DNA of 64,000 bases from a virus (taxonomy: Duplodnaviria > Caudoviricetes): IMG/VR virus record IMGVR_UViG_3300020577_005688, positions 32,001-96,000 of that record. The stretch is one strand, 5' to 3'. This document shows positions 45,205 to 54,721 of this stretch, piece by piece. Positions within the stretch are counted from its first letter, which is position 1. Each line of letters begins with the position of its first letter. The notes under the pieces were generated by a model. That model saw nothing but the letters and a program-made list of their open reading frames with translations, was not told the DNA's origin and did not search any database. Made by a program: the position numbers and the translations under genes.

Positions 45205-47196
45205 ATGATGAAAGCCTTCGATATCTCCATCCCAAAAGCGGTCTGGGTAGATACTGATGCAGAGGCCGAAAAGTGGTTGGAGTATTTCGTCGAGAGCTCA
45301 AAGACAAACAACCTCGGACTCGACTCTGAGACCACCGGTGTCGAGATTCACAAAGACACCGTCGTTGTTTGGTCTCTCTCAGACGGCAAGGAGCGCATCT
45401 GTCTCCCAGCACGGTACCTTCAGATGTACAGGTATCGTCTTCTTGAGAATCCAAGTGTGACGTTCGACTTGTCGAACTGCAAGTTCGACGCTCACATGTT
45501 CGCCAACTCAGGTGTTGAAATCTACAAGTGCAAAGCATGGCGAGATACGAACGTCATGTCTTGGCTCTTGAATGAGAACAACATCGGCAGACATGGATTG
45601 AAAGAGTGTATCGAAGACCACTTCGGTCGGAAGACACCAACGTTCACAGAGGTATTCGGGAAGACGAAGAAGGCAACGAAGAAGGACCCAGTCGAGTTGA
45701 AGACTGGAGACTTGATTCGAAATGCCTTCAATGATCCTGTTCGGCGTGAAGTTGCGTGCGACTACGCAAGCCTTGACGCGTACAATTCGACCACCCTTCG
45801 AGCGCACTTCGATGTGCTCCTTCAGAAGGCTGGGCTGTACAACCTCTACTACGACGTTGAAGTCCCGTTCCACAAAGTTCTGTGGCTGATGGAGCGTCGA
45901 GGGGTTACGGCAGACTACGGATTCTTGAAGCAGCTCCAAGGTCCGATGGAAGAAGAGATGTTGAAGATTGAGCAAGCCTTTAGCAAAGAGGCTGGGCGTG
46001 TCATCAATCTCAACTCCGTGAATGACGTCCGTTGGTTCTTCATCGACCACCTGCAGAAGAACGTCGTCAAAATGACGAAGGGTGGGAAGACTGGAATCAA
46101 GAAAGCGTCTACGGATGAAGAAGTCCTGAAGCACTGGGCCGAAGAGGAAGGAGATGAGTGGGCTCAGGTTCTAATGACCCATCGTGGGATTTCGAAAATC
46201 CACGGAACGTACGTCACGGGTCTGCAGGAATGGATTGACGGACACTTTCGAATCCACACGACCCTCAATCAGCACGGAACGGTGTCTGGTCGTCTTTCCT
46301 CGAAGGACCCGAACCTCCAGAATATTCCTCGAACGAGTGAAGACGCATTCACGATTCGAGAGGCATTCATTGCAGGATTCAAGAAGCGGCTTGTCGTAGC
46401 TGACTACGCCCAACTTGAAATGAGGTTGATGGCTCACTTCTCTCGTGACGAGAAGATGATCAAAGCCATCTGGGACGGTATTGACCTTCACTGTCTTACG
46501 GTCTCAGAGATGCATGGGATTCCGTACGAAGAGGTCATCGCTGCAGTCAAAGCAGAGAAGAAGCACAAGAGAGGCGTTCTTGGAAGAGACCTCACTCCGC
46601 GAGAGATTGAGCTCCTCTTCATGCGTCAATCTGCGAAGGCAACAGGCTTCGGCATCATCTACGGAATCGCAGGGAAGCGTCTCTCTGTCAGTCTGACACA
46701 GGCGGCAAAAGCAGCGCACATCGATAAGATTGTCACTGAAGAAGAGGGCTACGCACTCATCGATAAGTGGTTCGGCGTTTTCCCTCGGGTCAAGGAGTAC
46801 ATCGACGAGACTCACGACTACATGCTCAAGCATGGATTCGTTCAGACCATCACTGGTCGGTACCGTCGATTTGGTGACGTGAAGGGCATGTCGTTCAAGG
46901 ACAGGAACCGTGCGGAACGCCAAGGAGTGAACTCAATCATTCAGGGAAGTGCGGCTGACATCGCAAAGGTTGTCATGATTCATGCCGAGAATGATGAAGT
47001 ACTTCGTAACCTGAACGCAGACCTTCTCCTGCAGGTTCACGACGAACTCATCTGGGAATGCCCAGACGATGAAGCAACTCTGGAAGCAGTGAAGACACGT
47101 GTGAAGGAGTTGATGGAATCCCCTTTCCAGGAAGCACTCCTCGTGCCGCTTCCTGCTGAAGTTGGACATGGGTACTCATGGGCAACCGCAAAGTAA
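45205..47196 (+). CDS. polA: DNA polymerase family A (3'-5' exonuclease plus polymerase)
   Basis: LDSETTG, KFDAH, YASLDA, GRLSSKDPNLQNIP, ADYAQLEMR, AKATGFGIIYG and QVHDEL motifs. Confidence 0.95.
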   Translation: MMKAFDISIPKAVWVDTDAEAEKWLEYFVESSKTNNLGLDSETTGVEIHKDTVVVWSLSDGKERICLPARYLQMYRYRLLENPSVTFDLSNCKFDAHMFANSGVEIYKCKAWRDTNVMSWLLNENNIGRHGLKECIEDHFGRKTPTFTEVFGKTKKATKKDPVELKTGDLIRNAFNDPVRREVACDYASLDAYNSTTLRAHFDVLLQKAGLYNLYYDVEVPFHKVLWLMERRGVTADYGFLKQLQGPMEEEMLKIEQAFSKEAGRVINLNSVNDVRWFFIDHLQKNVVKMTKGGKTGIKKASTDEEVLKHWAEEEGDEWAQVLMTHRGISKIHGTYVTGLQEWIDGHFRIHTTLNQHGTVSGRLSSKDPNLQNIPRTSEDAFTIREAFIAGFKKRLVVADYAQLEMRLMAHFSRDEKMIKAIWDGIDLHCLTVSEMHGIPYEEVIAAVKAEKKHKRGVLGRDLTPREIELLFMRQSAKATGFGIIYGIAGKRLSVSLTQAAKAAHIDKIVTEEEGYALIDKWFGVFPRVKEYIDETHDYMLKHGFVQTITGRYRRFGDVKGMSFKDRNRAERQGVNSIIQGSAADIAKVVMIHAENDEVLRNLNADLLLQVHDELIWECPDDEATLEAVKTRVKELMESPFQEALLVPLPAEVGHGYSWATAK

Positions 47197-47201
47197 AAGA
47201 G

Positions 47202-47507
47202 ATGAGCGTCTACCAAGCTGAAGAAAACTGGCCGGTTGTTACGTACTTCAAAGAAGAGATGCTTCGAAAGCTCATCAAGAACAACCACAAGGGAGGATGG
47301 GAAGATGACAGCATGCATGCGCTCATCTCCCGTCTCAAGGACGAGCTTGGAGAGCTTGAGAGCGCTCTTGAGGCTTTCGAGAACCTTCCCATCAATCTGA
47401 AAGAGCAAGAGAGCATCAAGACGGTCTTCAAAGATGCAATCAGAGCGGAGGCGGCTGACGTCGGCAATTTCGCCATGATGATTTTCGACAATACGAAGAA
47501 TCTCTAG
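47202..47507 (+). CDS. MazG-like/all-alpha NTP pyrophosphohydrolase-fold protein
   Basis: RLKDELGEL...EAADVGNFAMMIFD acidic helices. Confidence 0.5.
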   Translation: MSVYQAEENWPVVTYFKEEMLRKLIKNNHKGGWEDDSMHALISRLKDELGELESALEAFENLPINLKEQESIKTVFKDAIRAEAADVGNFAMMIFDNTKNL

Positions 47508-47731
47508 TGCGTTTCCTCAGTGACAACCAACGCCATCTGGTGTGCTATCCATACTCTGTGGAGGGCCTCCACCAGATGGCGAAAGAACTGAATATTGGTC
47601 GATGGTGGTTCCATGCGGGACGACTTGCGCACTACGACATTCCAAAGAAACGAATCGCTGAGATTGCCTCAAAAACGGAAGTCGTCAGTCCAAGGACAAT
47701 CTTGAAGGTCATCAAAGGAGAGGCTCCGTGA
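47507..47731 (+). CDS. DUF4031-like protein
   Basis: HLV...LHQMAKELNIGRWWFH...HYDIP pattern. Confidence 0.6.
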   Translation: MRFLSDNQRHLVCYPYSVEGLHQMAKELNIGRWWFHAGRLAHYDIPKKRIAEIASKTEVVSPRTILKVIKGEAP

Positions 47732-48036
47732 CCAGAGTCGAGCTTATTGAGAGGGTCTCAATCTCACTGAAGCTCAACGCCGATGTGGTTGGGCGAACTG
47801 TCACCGAGCTTCTCAATGAAATGACCGAAGCATTCAAGCGAGGAGAAGAGGTAAAGTTCGCAGGATACGGAACGTTCAGGGTCAAGACTCTCAAGCCTCG
47901 ATCCTACAAGTTCAAGAAGGAAGCACCGGAGAGAACGATTGTTCGACTGTATGTGGGAAGGAAGTCCAAATGGAAAAGTACGCAGTTGTCCAAGAAGAGC
48001 AACAAAAGCCCGGAGAGAAAGTCGCCTCCCGAGTGA
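47728..48036 (+). CDS. HU/IHF-like histone-like DNA-binding protein
   Basis: MTRVELIERVS...GEEVKFAGYGTFRV. Confidence 0.85.
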   Translation: MTRVELIERVSISLKLNADVVGRTVTELLNEMTEAFKRGEEVKFAGYGTFRVKTLKPRSYKFKKEAPERTIVRLYVGRKSKWKSTQLSKKSNKSPERKSPPE

Positions 48037-48137
48037 CCCACTGCCCACGTTGTAAGGAGGAGCTTGTAGAGAACAACCAGTTCCTTCTGTGGTGTCCGAA
48101 CTGCGGAACCGAGCCCTTCGAAAAGAAGAACAAGTAA
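47970..48137 (+). CDS. Small zinc-ribbon protein (55 aa), absent from the ORF track
   Basis: AAGGA RBS; MEKYAVVQEEQQKPGEKVASRVTHCPRCKEELVENNQFLLWCPNCGTEPFEKKNK; fills the gap before recA. Confidence 0.7.
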   Translation: MEKYAVVQEEQQKPGEKVASRVTHCPRCKEELVENNQFLLWCPNCGTEPFEKKNK

Positions 48138-48156
48138 CCACAACTCGTGAGGCAAA

Positions 48157-49449
48157 ATGGCAGCTAAGAAAAGCTCTGAGGATAAGTCTGTCAAAAAGCA
48201 GAAGGAATCACTGCCACGTGATGAACGAGCAGCCCTTCTGATGGAGATGGTCAACAAGAAGATGAGAGGACGAGCAGTCCTCATGTCAGCGTCAGACTAC
48301 GTTCTGCCGTGGCAGAGGAAGAGAATTCCAACGGGGATTCTGACCCTTGACCTCGAACTGCGTGGAGGCTTCCCGTGTGGAGGCCTGAGTCAGATTGTCG
48401 GACGCAGGAACGCTGGAAAGAGCATGATGGCCTGGCACTGCATCCGCCAGCTTCAGCACTTCATTGGCGACAAGATGATGGTGCTGTTGGCAATGACGGA
48501 AGGAACCGCCGACAGAACTCAGGCTCGGAGACTCGGAGTTCGAATCGACCTCTCAAAGGAAGAGATCGACCATCTCCAACAGAACAGGAAGATTGCGGGC
48601 CTTCCTCCGCTCAAGAAAGAAGAGCTCAACACGTTGTTCCCACCACAAGTGGGAACGATTCACGAGCTCCATGCACTGGCTGTTGAGGACTTCTACGACG
48701 TCATCCTCGAAGCGCTCGCCTCCAATACGTACCACCTCATCGTCATCGACAGCATCGGCAATGCTCTGTCGAATGCTGAGACAGAGAACGAATCTGTCCA
48801 CGACAAGACGTACGGAGGAACCTCTGCCCCCAACACTACCTTCTTGAAGAAGATGACGAATCTTCTGACCATGAAGACTGAATGGGGAGAGGTACGGGAT
48901 ACTGCTCTGATTGGAATCAATCAGGTTCGAGACAACATCAAAGACCCAAATGCTCCATACAAGTCTCCTGGAGGGAACGCGTTGGAGCACGCGAAGCTGG
49001 TAGACCTCTACGTAGAGAGTGGGAAGGCGCTTGGAGACGAAGTTCCTGTTTACACGCCTGAAGGTTGGAAGCAGCGCTTTGTCATGACCGGCAAAGAGGT
49101 CAACTGGAAGATTGTCAAAGGCAAAGCGGGCATGCACGAAGGGGGACGAGGTTCTTTCGTCTTCGACCGCTCAACTGACAACGTTGACTTCTACCTCGAC
49201 TACCTCATGGCAGGAATCACTCATGGTGTGATTGAGACTGCTGGTGCTTGGCTCGGTGTCCGAGACCCGGAGAATCCAGCAGAGTACATCGGTCGTGCGA
49301 ACGGACGAGACGCCTTCATCGAACTCATGAAGAAGGATGCCATCGAGAAAGCACAGGCAGGAGACTCCGCGAGCATCCTCAACCACATCCGAGACCAGTG
49401 CTTCAAGAAGCTTGGAATCGATATCAGGTACGAGGACTTGATTTCATGA
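48157..49449 (+). CDS. recA: RecA/UvsX-like recombinase
   Basis: IPTGILTLDLELRGGFP, GRRNAGKS, LIVIDSI, INQVR and SPGGNALEH motifs. Confidence 0.9.
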   Translation: MAAKKSSEDKSVKKQKESLPRDERAALLMEMVNKKMRGRAVLMSASDYVLPWQRKRIPTGILTLDLELRGGFPCGGLSQIVGRRNAGKSMMAWHCIRQLQHFIGDKMMVLLAMTEGTADRTQARRLGVRIDLSKEEIDHLQQNRKIAGLPPLKKEELNTLFPPQVGTIHELHALAVEDFYDVILEALASNTYHLIVIDSIGNALSNAETENESVHDKTYGGTSAPNTTFLKKMTNLLTMKTEWGEVRDTALIGINQVRDNIKDPNAPYKSPGGNALEHAKLVDLYVESGKALGDEVPVYTPEGWKQRFVMTGKEVNWKIVKGKAGMHEGGRGSFVFDRSTDNVDFYLDYLMAGITHGVIETAGAWLGVRDPENPAEYIGRANGRDAFIELMKKDAIEKAQAGDSASILNHIRDQCFKKLGIDIRYEDLIS

Positions 49450-49844
49450 GATCGACAAACTTCAAGTCTGCCATCGTCATCACTCCACCTCCAAAAGGGA
49501 GTACCATGACGGCTCTGGCGCACAGTGAGTGGTTGCTCCGTCCATTCATGCTTGGAGCGGGGCTCGCAAAAATCAGTCAGAAGAAAATCAAGATGCTCCT
49601 TCAGCACGACTTGAAGCGAGACGTTTTCGCTATCTCCGTCTCCTTCGGGAAAGAAGAGACAGTCGTCTATCACAAGAATCCCAAGAAGGTCTTTGCTGCT
49701 GCGAGTTCTTGGATTGCCCAACAAACAGCGGCAGAGATTGGAGCGGTGAGAGATGAACCGAAACAAACGAAAGAGCGTCCTTCAGGAGAGACGGGCAGCA
49801 GAGGACATCGGAGGAAGAATTCAACCAGGGTCAGGAGCACCTGA
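49446..49844 (+). CDS. Hypothetical protein
   Basis: ATGA-coupled to recA; start MRSTNFK. Confidence 0.55.
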   Translation: MRSTNFKSAIVITPPPKGSTMTALAHSEWLLRPFMLGAGLAKISQKKIKMLLQHDLKRDVFAISVSFGKEETVVYHKNPKKVFAAASSWIAQQTAAEIGAVRDEPKQTKERPSGETGSRGHRRKNSTRVRST

Positions 49845-50082
49845 GTTCTACAAGGGGGATGTTCGAAAAGCTGGAGAACTTCGAGTAGAGTGCAAGACGA
49901 CTTCATCAAAGTCATACACTCTCAAGCTCTCTGACTTGGAGAAGATTAAGGCTGAATCCATCATGGGGAACGACGCGGGGTGGGCGTTCCAGATTGAGTT
50001 TCAAGGACCTGTTTCTGGAAGACGGTTCGCCGTCATCGATTGGCAGGAGTACCTCGATTTGAAGAAAGGAAGTAGTCAGTGA
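49753..50082 (+). CDS. PD-(D/E)xK Holliday-junction resolvase (Hjc-like)
   Basis: QERRAA...PGSGA...KGDV...VECKTT. Confidence 0.75.
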   Translation: MNRNKRKSVLQERRAAEDIGGRIQPGSGAPEFYKGDVRKAGELRVECKTTSSKSYTLKLSDLEKIKAESIMGNDAGWAFQIEFQGPVSGRRFAVIDWQEYLDLKKGSSQ

Positions 50083-50939
50083 CAAAGCCAATCGTCCAGG
50101 CGCATACGATCGATCAGTGGATGGAGATTGACCCGGAGATTCGAGGTCTCATTCTCAAACAAATCAAACTGAAAGACCGTCTCTTCAAGTTCCTAAAGGA
50201 TAGGAACGACTCGAAGGGACCAACTCAAAAACTGGGCGATTGGAACCCGTGTGCGAAGTGTGAGACGAAGGGTTGGGTTCCTGCAGAGCCAAGGCTTCCG
50301 GGAATCCACCCTTCTCAGCTCCCACATCCGTGCATGCTGAAGATCTACTTCGAACTCATCGGAGCTCCGTCATCCGGTTCGTTCGAAGCGAGACTCCAAC
50401 TGATCTTCGACCTCGGTCACGCCGTTCACGACATGTTCCAGTCGTACGGAAAGTCCGGTGCATGGGGTCCTATCTATACCCCCGAAGCGACCATCTCTCA
50501 GACTCTTCAAGAGAAGAGTGAGCAATTGATGATCGAGGGTCATGCAGACGCAGAGAACGTGCTCACCGTCGACATTCCAGGTTCCTCTGTTCTGTATGAA
50601 GTCGGTGTCATCCACGAATACAAGACGATGAACAATCGCAACTTCGAGAAGCTGACTCAACCAAAGCCTGAGCACAAAGTACAGGCAATGGTCTACGCAG
50701 CATGCTTGAACCGACCCGTGGTTGCGTACTTGTACTTCAACAAGGACAACCAGAACCTTGCTGACTTCCCAGTTCAGTTCAACACAGACCTGTGGATTCA
50801 GATCGAGGCAAAGGCGTTGATCATTTTGGACGCATTCAAGAAGAAGGAACCGCCTCCTGGAAGCACTGGGTTCCACTGTCAGCAGTGTCAGTTCGTTCTG
50901 ACCTGTCCTGCATACAAGCAATCTCTGAAGAAGGGGTGA
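50079..50939 (+). CDS. Cas4-like/RecB-family PD-(D/E)xK exonuclease
   Basis: HPSQL..PC, GHAVH, GHAD, EYKT, QAMVY and C-terminal CQQCQFVLTC. Confidence 0.8.
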   Translation: MTKPIVQAHTIDQWMEIDPEIRGLILKQIKLKDRLFKFLKDRNDSKGPTQKLGDWNPCAKCETKGWVPAEPRLPGIHPSQLPHPCMLKIYFELIGAPSSGSFEARLQLIFDLGHAVHDMFQSYGKSGAWGPIYTPEATISQTLQEKSEQLMIEGHADAENVLTVDIPGSSVLYEVGVIHEYKTMNNRNFEKLTQPKPEHKVQAMVYAACLNRPVVAYLYFNKDNQNLADFPVQFNTDLWIQIEAKALIILDAFKKKEPPPGSTGFHCQQCQFVLTCPAYKQSLKKG

Positions 50940-50942
50940 AGA

Positions 50943-51521
50943 ATGCCATCTCTCGGTATGGTGAGAATTGCAGAACCGATGGATATGGATACTGGACTCA
51001 AGCAACTGGACGTTGCTGAGGACGTTCAGAGAGCAGTTCTGGAGAAAGGGTATTTGATTCAGAACCGTCCGGGCTCTGGCTTCATCGGAATCTTGCCCGA
51101 CTCCATTACAACCCTCGACGATGACGAACTCGGCGAACTGCTCAACAAACTCAGCGGTTGGGGTGCATACGTTCAATCAGACCTTGTTGCGGCTGAGACC
51201 AAGATGCAGGTCGTGAAGGAGCAGTTGGAGTTCATCCAAAGTCAGATTCGAATTGCTGTGCGAGCTCAAGAAGGAAAGATGACCGCACAGGATAAGACGG
51301 ACATGATGAACACGCACCCAAAGGTGGTTGAGGCAAAGGCAAGGTACATCTACTGCTACAGCTACTACGAGTACGTGAAGGCTATCCGAGACAAAGCCCA
51401 GAAGGACTGGGAGACCGTGTCACGTCGAATCACTCAACGTGGGCAGGGCATCGACCGAGCCAGAAGAGCAGAGAGTGTCGCGAACGTAAGCCCTCAGTTC
51501 ACAAAAGCGTTCCGGAGATAA
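50943..51521 (+). CDS. Coiled-coil protein, possibly a UvsY-like recombination mediator
   Basis: Long helical hairpin ending KDWETVSRRIT; located in the recombination cluster. Confidence 0.45.
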   Translation: MPSLGMVRIAEPMDMDTGLKQLDVAEDVQRAVLEKGYLIQNRPGSGFIGILPDSITTLDDDELGELLNKLSGWGAYVQSDLVAAETKMQVVKEQLEFIQSQIRIAVRAQEGKMTAQDKTDMMNTHPKVVEAKARYIYCYSYYEYVKAIRDKAQKDWETVSRRITQRGQGIDRARRAESVANVSPQFTKAFRR

Positions 51522-51524
51522 CAG

Positions 51525-52163
51525 ATGATCGTCTGTATTGAGGGAATCGATGGCTGCGGAAAGTCAACGCAAGCGGCCCTCTTGACCAAGTACCTTGGGG
51601 CGAAGTTCTTCAAGTTCCCAAACAAGGATTCACCAACTGGGAAACTCATCTACGAACACCTCGAACACAGGTGGAACGCAAAGTTCAGTGAAGAGGAAAA
51701 GAGAAGTGTCTTTGAGGAGCACAATCTCAATGCACTTATCTTCCAAGCACTGCAAGTTGCCAATCGAATGGAGCTCGCAGTTGAGTTGAGCAAACTGAAG
51801 AGCAAGAACGTTGTCTTGGACCGGTACTGGCCGAGTGGGTATGCCTACGGTAAGGCAGATGGACTTGATGGACAGTACCTCATCGACCTTCACGAGTACC
51901 TCCCACAGCCTGACTTGTTTCTTCTGCTAGATGTTGACCTCAAGGATAGCTCTGAGAGGCGGCCGGAAAGGCGGGACCGTTACGAGAAGAATCCGGGTCT
52001 CTTGGAGAAGGTCGTAACCAACTATCGAATGCTGTGGCAGACGATGGCTCAGTCTCAGCCCTCGAAGTGGATGGTCATTGATGCTAGGAAGTCAAAAGAG
52101 GAAACGACTTCTGCAATCAACCAAGCCATCGCAGAGTGGCGAATGAGAAACTCGGAGACGTAA
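51525..52163 (+). CDS. tmk: Thymidylate kinase
   Basis: IEGIDGCGKSTQ, LDRYWPSGYAYG and PQPDL motifs. Confidence 0.93.
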   Translation: MIVCIEGIDGCGKSTQAALLTKYLGAKFFKFPNKDSPTGKLIYEHLEHRWNAKFSEEEKRSVFEEHNLNALIFQALQVANRMELAVELSKLKSKNVVLDRYWPSGYAYGKADGLDGQYLIDLHEYLPQPDLFLLLDVDLKDSSERRPERRDRYEKNPGLLEKVVTNYRMLWQTMAQSQPSKWMVIDARKSKEETTSAINQAIAEWRMRNSET

Positions 52164-52166
52164 ACC

Positions 52167-52433
52167 ATGACTCTTCAACCAGACTGGCTCAAGAGATACT
52201 ACGGAGATTCCTTTGCCGAACTGAATCCTGATGTTGTTACTGAGGGGAATCAGTGGGCTATTGTGAAACTCAATCGAGTTGCGGAACGCGGCTACCGAGG
52301 AATCGGCTATGTCCTGATTAAGAAGAACGGCTCACATGCTTCTTCGAATTACCACATCCTCGGAGAAGGAGTTCAGACGTTCGAGGCAATGCTGAAGATG
52401 AAAGAGAAGTTGAACGAGATTGACTCCCAATAG
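52167..52433 (+). CDS. Hypothetical protein
   Basis: In-operon ORF with GGAG RBS. Confidence 0.6.
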   Translation: MTLQPDWLKRYYGDSFAELNPDVVTEGNQWAIVKLNRVAERGYRGIGYVLIKKNGSHASSNYHILGEGVQTFEAMLKMKEKLNEIDSQ

Positions 52434-52441
52434 GAGAGAAC

Positions 52442-53305
52442 GTGGAAAAAGGTCATGTGATTGATGTGCTCGACCACGGGTACGTGAAGTACGTAGACTC
52501 GATGGGCTCAGATGAGAATGTCATCGAAGCAGCTCGAATGAGCACCGGAAGAGGCTTCGAAGGCTGGGAAAAAGATGCCGGGCTTCTCGATTTTCTCTGG
52601 AGAAAGAAACACTCAACTCCGTTCGAGATGGTGGAACTTGCCTTGGAAATTCAGGCACCCATCATGGTCTTCCGAGAGTGGCAACGACACAGAACCCAAA
52701 GCTACAATGAGTTCTCTGCTCGTTACTCACAGATGCCGAACCTTCACTACCTGCCAGACGCAAGTCGTCTGAAGAAGCAGAGCTCAACCAACAAGCAGGG
52801 TACTGGAGACGAAGAGTTCCCCCAAGAGTACATCGACATGACGTTGGAGGAACTTGAGTACGAGCAGAAGCAGACGTACAGCCACTACGAACAGATGTTG
52901 ACTGAGGGTGTGGCGAAGGAGATTGCTCGACTCAATACTCCCGTCAGTCGGTACTCAAAGATGCGGGCCAAGGCCAACCTCAAAAACTGGCTTGGGTTTT
53001 TGAACTTGCGTCTTCGACCAAACGCTCAGTTCGAGATTCGAGTGTTTGCTGAACCTGTTGCTGACATCATCCGGAAGCTCTTCCCAAGGTCATACGACCT
53101 TTTCGAAGAGTACGACCTCTACGGCGTTTCCTTCTCAAGAACGGAGATGGCTGCAATCCGAGATGTCATCAAGACCATCCAGATGTCTCGTCGAGACATG
53201 ATGGAACCATTCGTCACGAGTGCGAAGAAGCACAACATCGATGGACGGAAGTTGCAGGAGTTCATCGAGAAACTCGAAAAGGGTGGACTGGAGATTCTGT
53301 CGTGA
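52442..53305 (+). CDS. thyX: Flavin-dependent thymidylate synthase
   Basis: AARMS, HSTPFE, REWQRHRTQSYNEFSARY and AQFEIR motifs. Confidence 0.95.
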   Translation: MEKGHVIDVLDHGYVKYVDSMGSDENVIEAARMSTGRGFEGWEKDAGLLDFLWRKKHSTPFEMVELALEIQAPIMVFREWQRHRTQSYNEFSARYSQMPNLHYLPDASRLKKQSSTNKQGTGDEEFPQEYIDMTLEELEYEQKQTYSHYEQMLTEGVAKEIARLNTPVSRYSKMRAKANLKNWLGFLNLRLRPNAQFEIRVFAEPVADIIRKLFPRSYDLFEEYDLYGVSFSRTEMAAIRDVIKTIQMSRRDMMEPFVTSAKKHNIDGRKLQEFIEKLEKGGLEILS

Positions 53306-53760
53306 GTGGGGAGAAGAAGTACAGGCAGTACATGAAGATGGTGTACCCAGTGCTTCCTCCGACCTCGAACAAAATCTACTACCGAGGAACCATCCTCACA
53401 GGCGTATCCAGGGAGTACGCAGAATCTTTCGCTGCCTGGGCTGCGAAGAACCACCTGCATGAGATCAATGAGCTCAATCCAGATGGACTCTTCGCGCTCC
53501 ATCTTCGCTTCTTCTTCAACACTCTCGTGAATGAGACCTACCAAAACGAGAACTTCCCTCCGTCAAAGAGAGCGAAGGAGAGGTATAAGAGGATAGACCT
53601 GACGAACAGGATTAAGCTTCTTGAGGACTGCGTTCGAGATGCAATCGATATCGATGACTCTCGAACATTCGCAGCATCTCAAGAGAAGCATCAAGACCCA
53701 GATAAGGAAAGGGTCGAGATTGAGATTGAGGAGGTCAGCCCAAAGCTGTTCGGGGTCTAG
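53302..53760 (+). CDS. rusA: RusA-like Holliday-junction resolvase
   Basis: PPTSNKIY and DLTNRIKLLEDC...IDDS motifs. Confidence 0.75.
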   Translation: MSGEKKYRQYMKMVYPVLPPTSNKIYYRGTILTGVSREYAESFAAWAAKNHLHEINELNPDGLFALHLRFFFNTLVNETYQNENFPPSKRAKERYKRIDLTNRIKLLEDCVRDAIDIDDSRTFAASQEKHQDPDKERVEIEIEEVSPKLFGV

Positions 53761-53772
53761 TAAAGGACACCT

Positions 53773-54189
53773 TTGAGCGAAGACAAGAAGGTCATTCTTG
53801 GGGAAGTTTCAAAGTACTCGAACTGCCGACCCATCAAAGAAGACCCACACATCATTGAAGCCAAGCACAAGTCCATGTGCCTCATGAGACTCCGTGCTGA
53901 GTGCCACACTTGTCCGAACAGTAAGTTCACTCTTCTTTTCGACGTTCCAGAGAAGCGTTTGGAACAAGTGATGTGCCCTCGTTGGAAAGACGTAAGAGAG
54001 TTGTGGCAGGGAAAGAACCCAGAGTCCTACGTTGTAACGGAGCTTGCGACCTGCAAAGAGAGACCATTCCCATTCTGCGGCTCGTGTCCATCCGTCGAAG
54101 AACTCAACGACCTTGGAATCGACAAGACGAAGGATGGGTGGTTATCGAGATGGAAGCGCTTCAGAGATGAAGATGCATTGGAGGAATGA
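53773..54189 (+). CDS. Cys-rich hypothetical protein
   Basis: AAGGA RBS; two similar C...CxxCP units. Confidence 0.6.
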   Translation: MSEDKKVILGEVSKYSNCRPIKEDPHIIEAKHKSMCLMRLRAECHTCPNSKFTLLFDVPEKRLEQVMCPRWKDVRELWQGKNPESYVVTELATCKERPFPFCGSCPSVEELNDLGIDKTKDGWLSRWKRFRDEDALEE

Positions 54190-54509
54190 TGGACGACTCA
54201 CTCTTGTGGGAGTGCAACGAGACTGAACTCCTGCATCTTGCTTATGAGCAGGGCCTCGGACGGTTGAAAGTGGGCCTCCCAAAGGAGACTCTCTTTCAAA
54301 TCGTCCGTGGTGAAATCAACCCATCACCAGAGCACCTCTCGGAAACGAAGAACACGAGGGAGTTGCTTGAGAAGTTCATCGAGCGCCACTGGGAGAAGAC
54401 CCGTAGCCAACTTCCTGGGTGCAATGGAAAATGTACTTCTTATCCTTGCTCTGATGGACGTCATGGGGCATGTTACGCGCCCAACAAACACCTCGTGAGT
54501 CTCGGATGA
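54186..54509 (+). CDS. Hypothetical protein with Rho-N-like N-terminus and Cys cluster
   Basis: LWECNETELLHLAYEQGL...KETLFQIV; C-terminal CNGKC..C...C. Confidence 0.6.
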   Translation: MMDDSLLWECNETELLHLAYEQGLGRLKVGLPKETLFQIVRGEINPSPEHLSETKNTRELLEKFIERHWEKTRSQLPGCNGKCTSYPCSDGRHGACYAPNKHLVSLG

Positions 54510-54721
54510 GGGGCTACTGTCTTAGCTGTACGCGAATCGCAGACTGTAATGAAACAGATGTAGAGAAGGTGAAGTCAGACTACACGTGCCTCAGGTACGA
54601 GCCAGTCGAAGAAGCGGTGTTTCGTGCGAGAGAGTTCACCATCGCAAAGTACGGAGACTCTCTCGCAATTCAGGCCATGCTGAATCGGCCATTACTCTCC
54701 AAAGGAGAAGATGATGAGTGA
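54506..54721 (+). CDS. Small Cys-containing hypothetical protein
   Basis: ATGA-coupled start MRGYCLSC. Confidence 0.6.
   Translation: MRGYCLSCTRIADCNETDVEKVKSDYTCLRYEPVEEAVFRAREFTIAKYGDSLAIQAMLNRPLLSKGEDDE

Noticed and set aside
50079-50939. Cas4-like gene as evidence of a CRISPR-Cas system
   Set aside because: No repeat-spacer array or other cas genes were seen; solo Cas4-like nucleases are common in phage replication modules.
38990-53305. Modified-base (e.g. uracil or hydroxymethyl) DNA pathway
   Set aside because: UDG, ThyX and Tmk point to ordinary thymine DNA; no base-modifying enzymes were recognised in the window.
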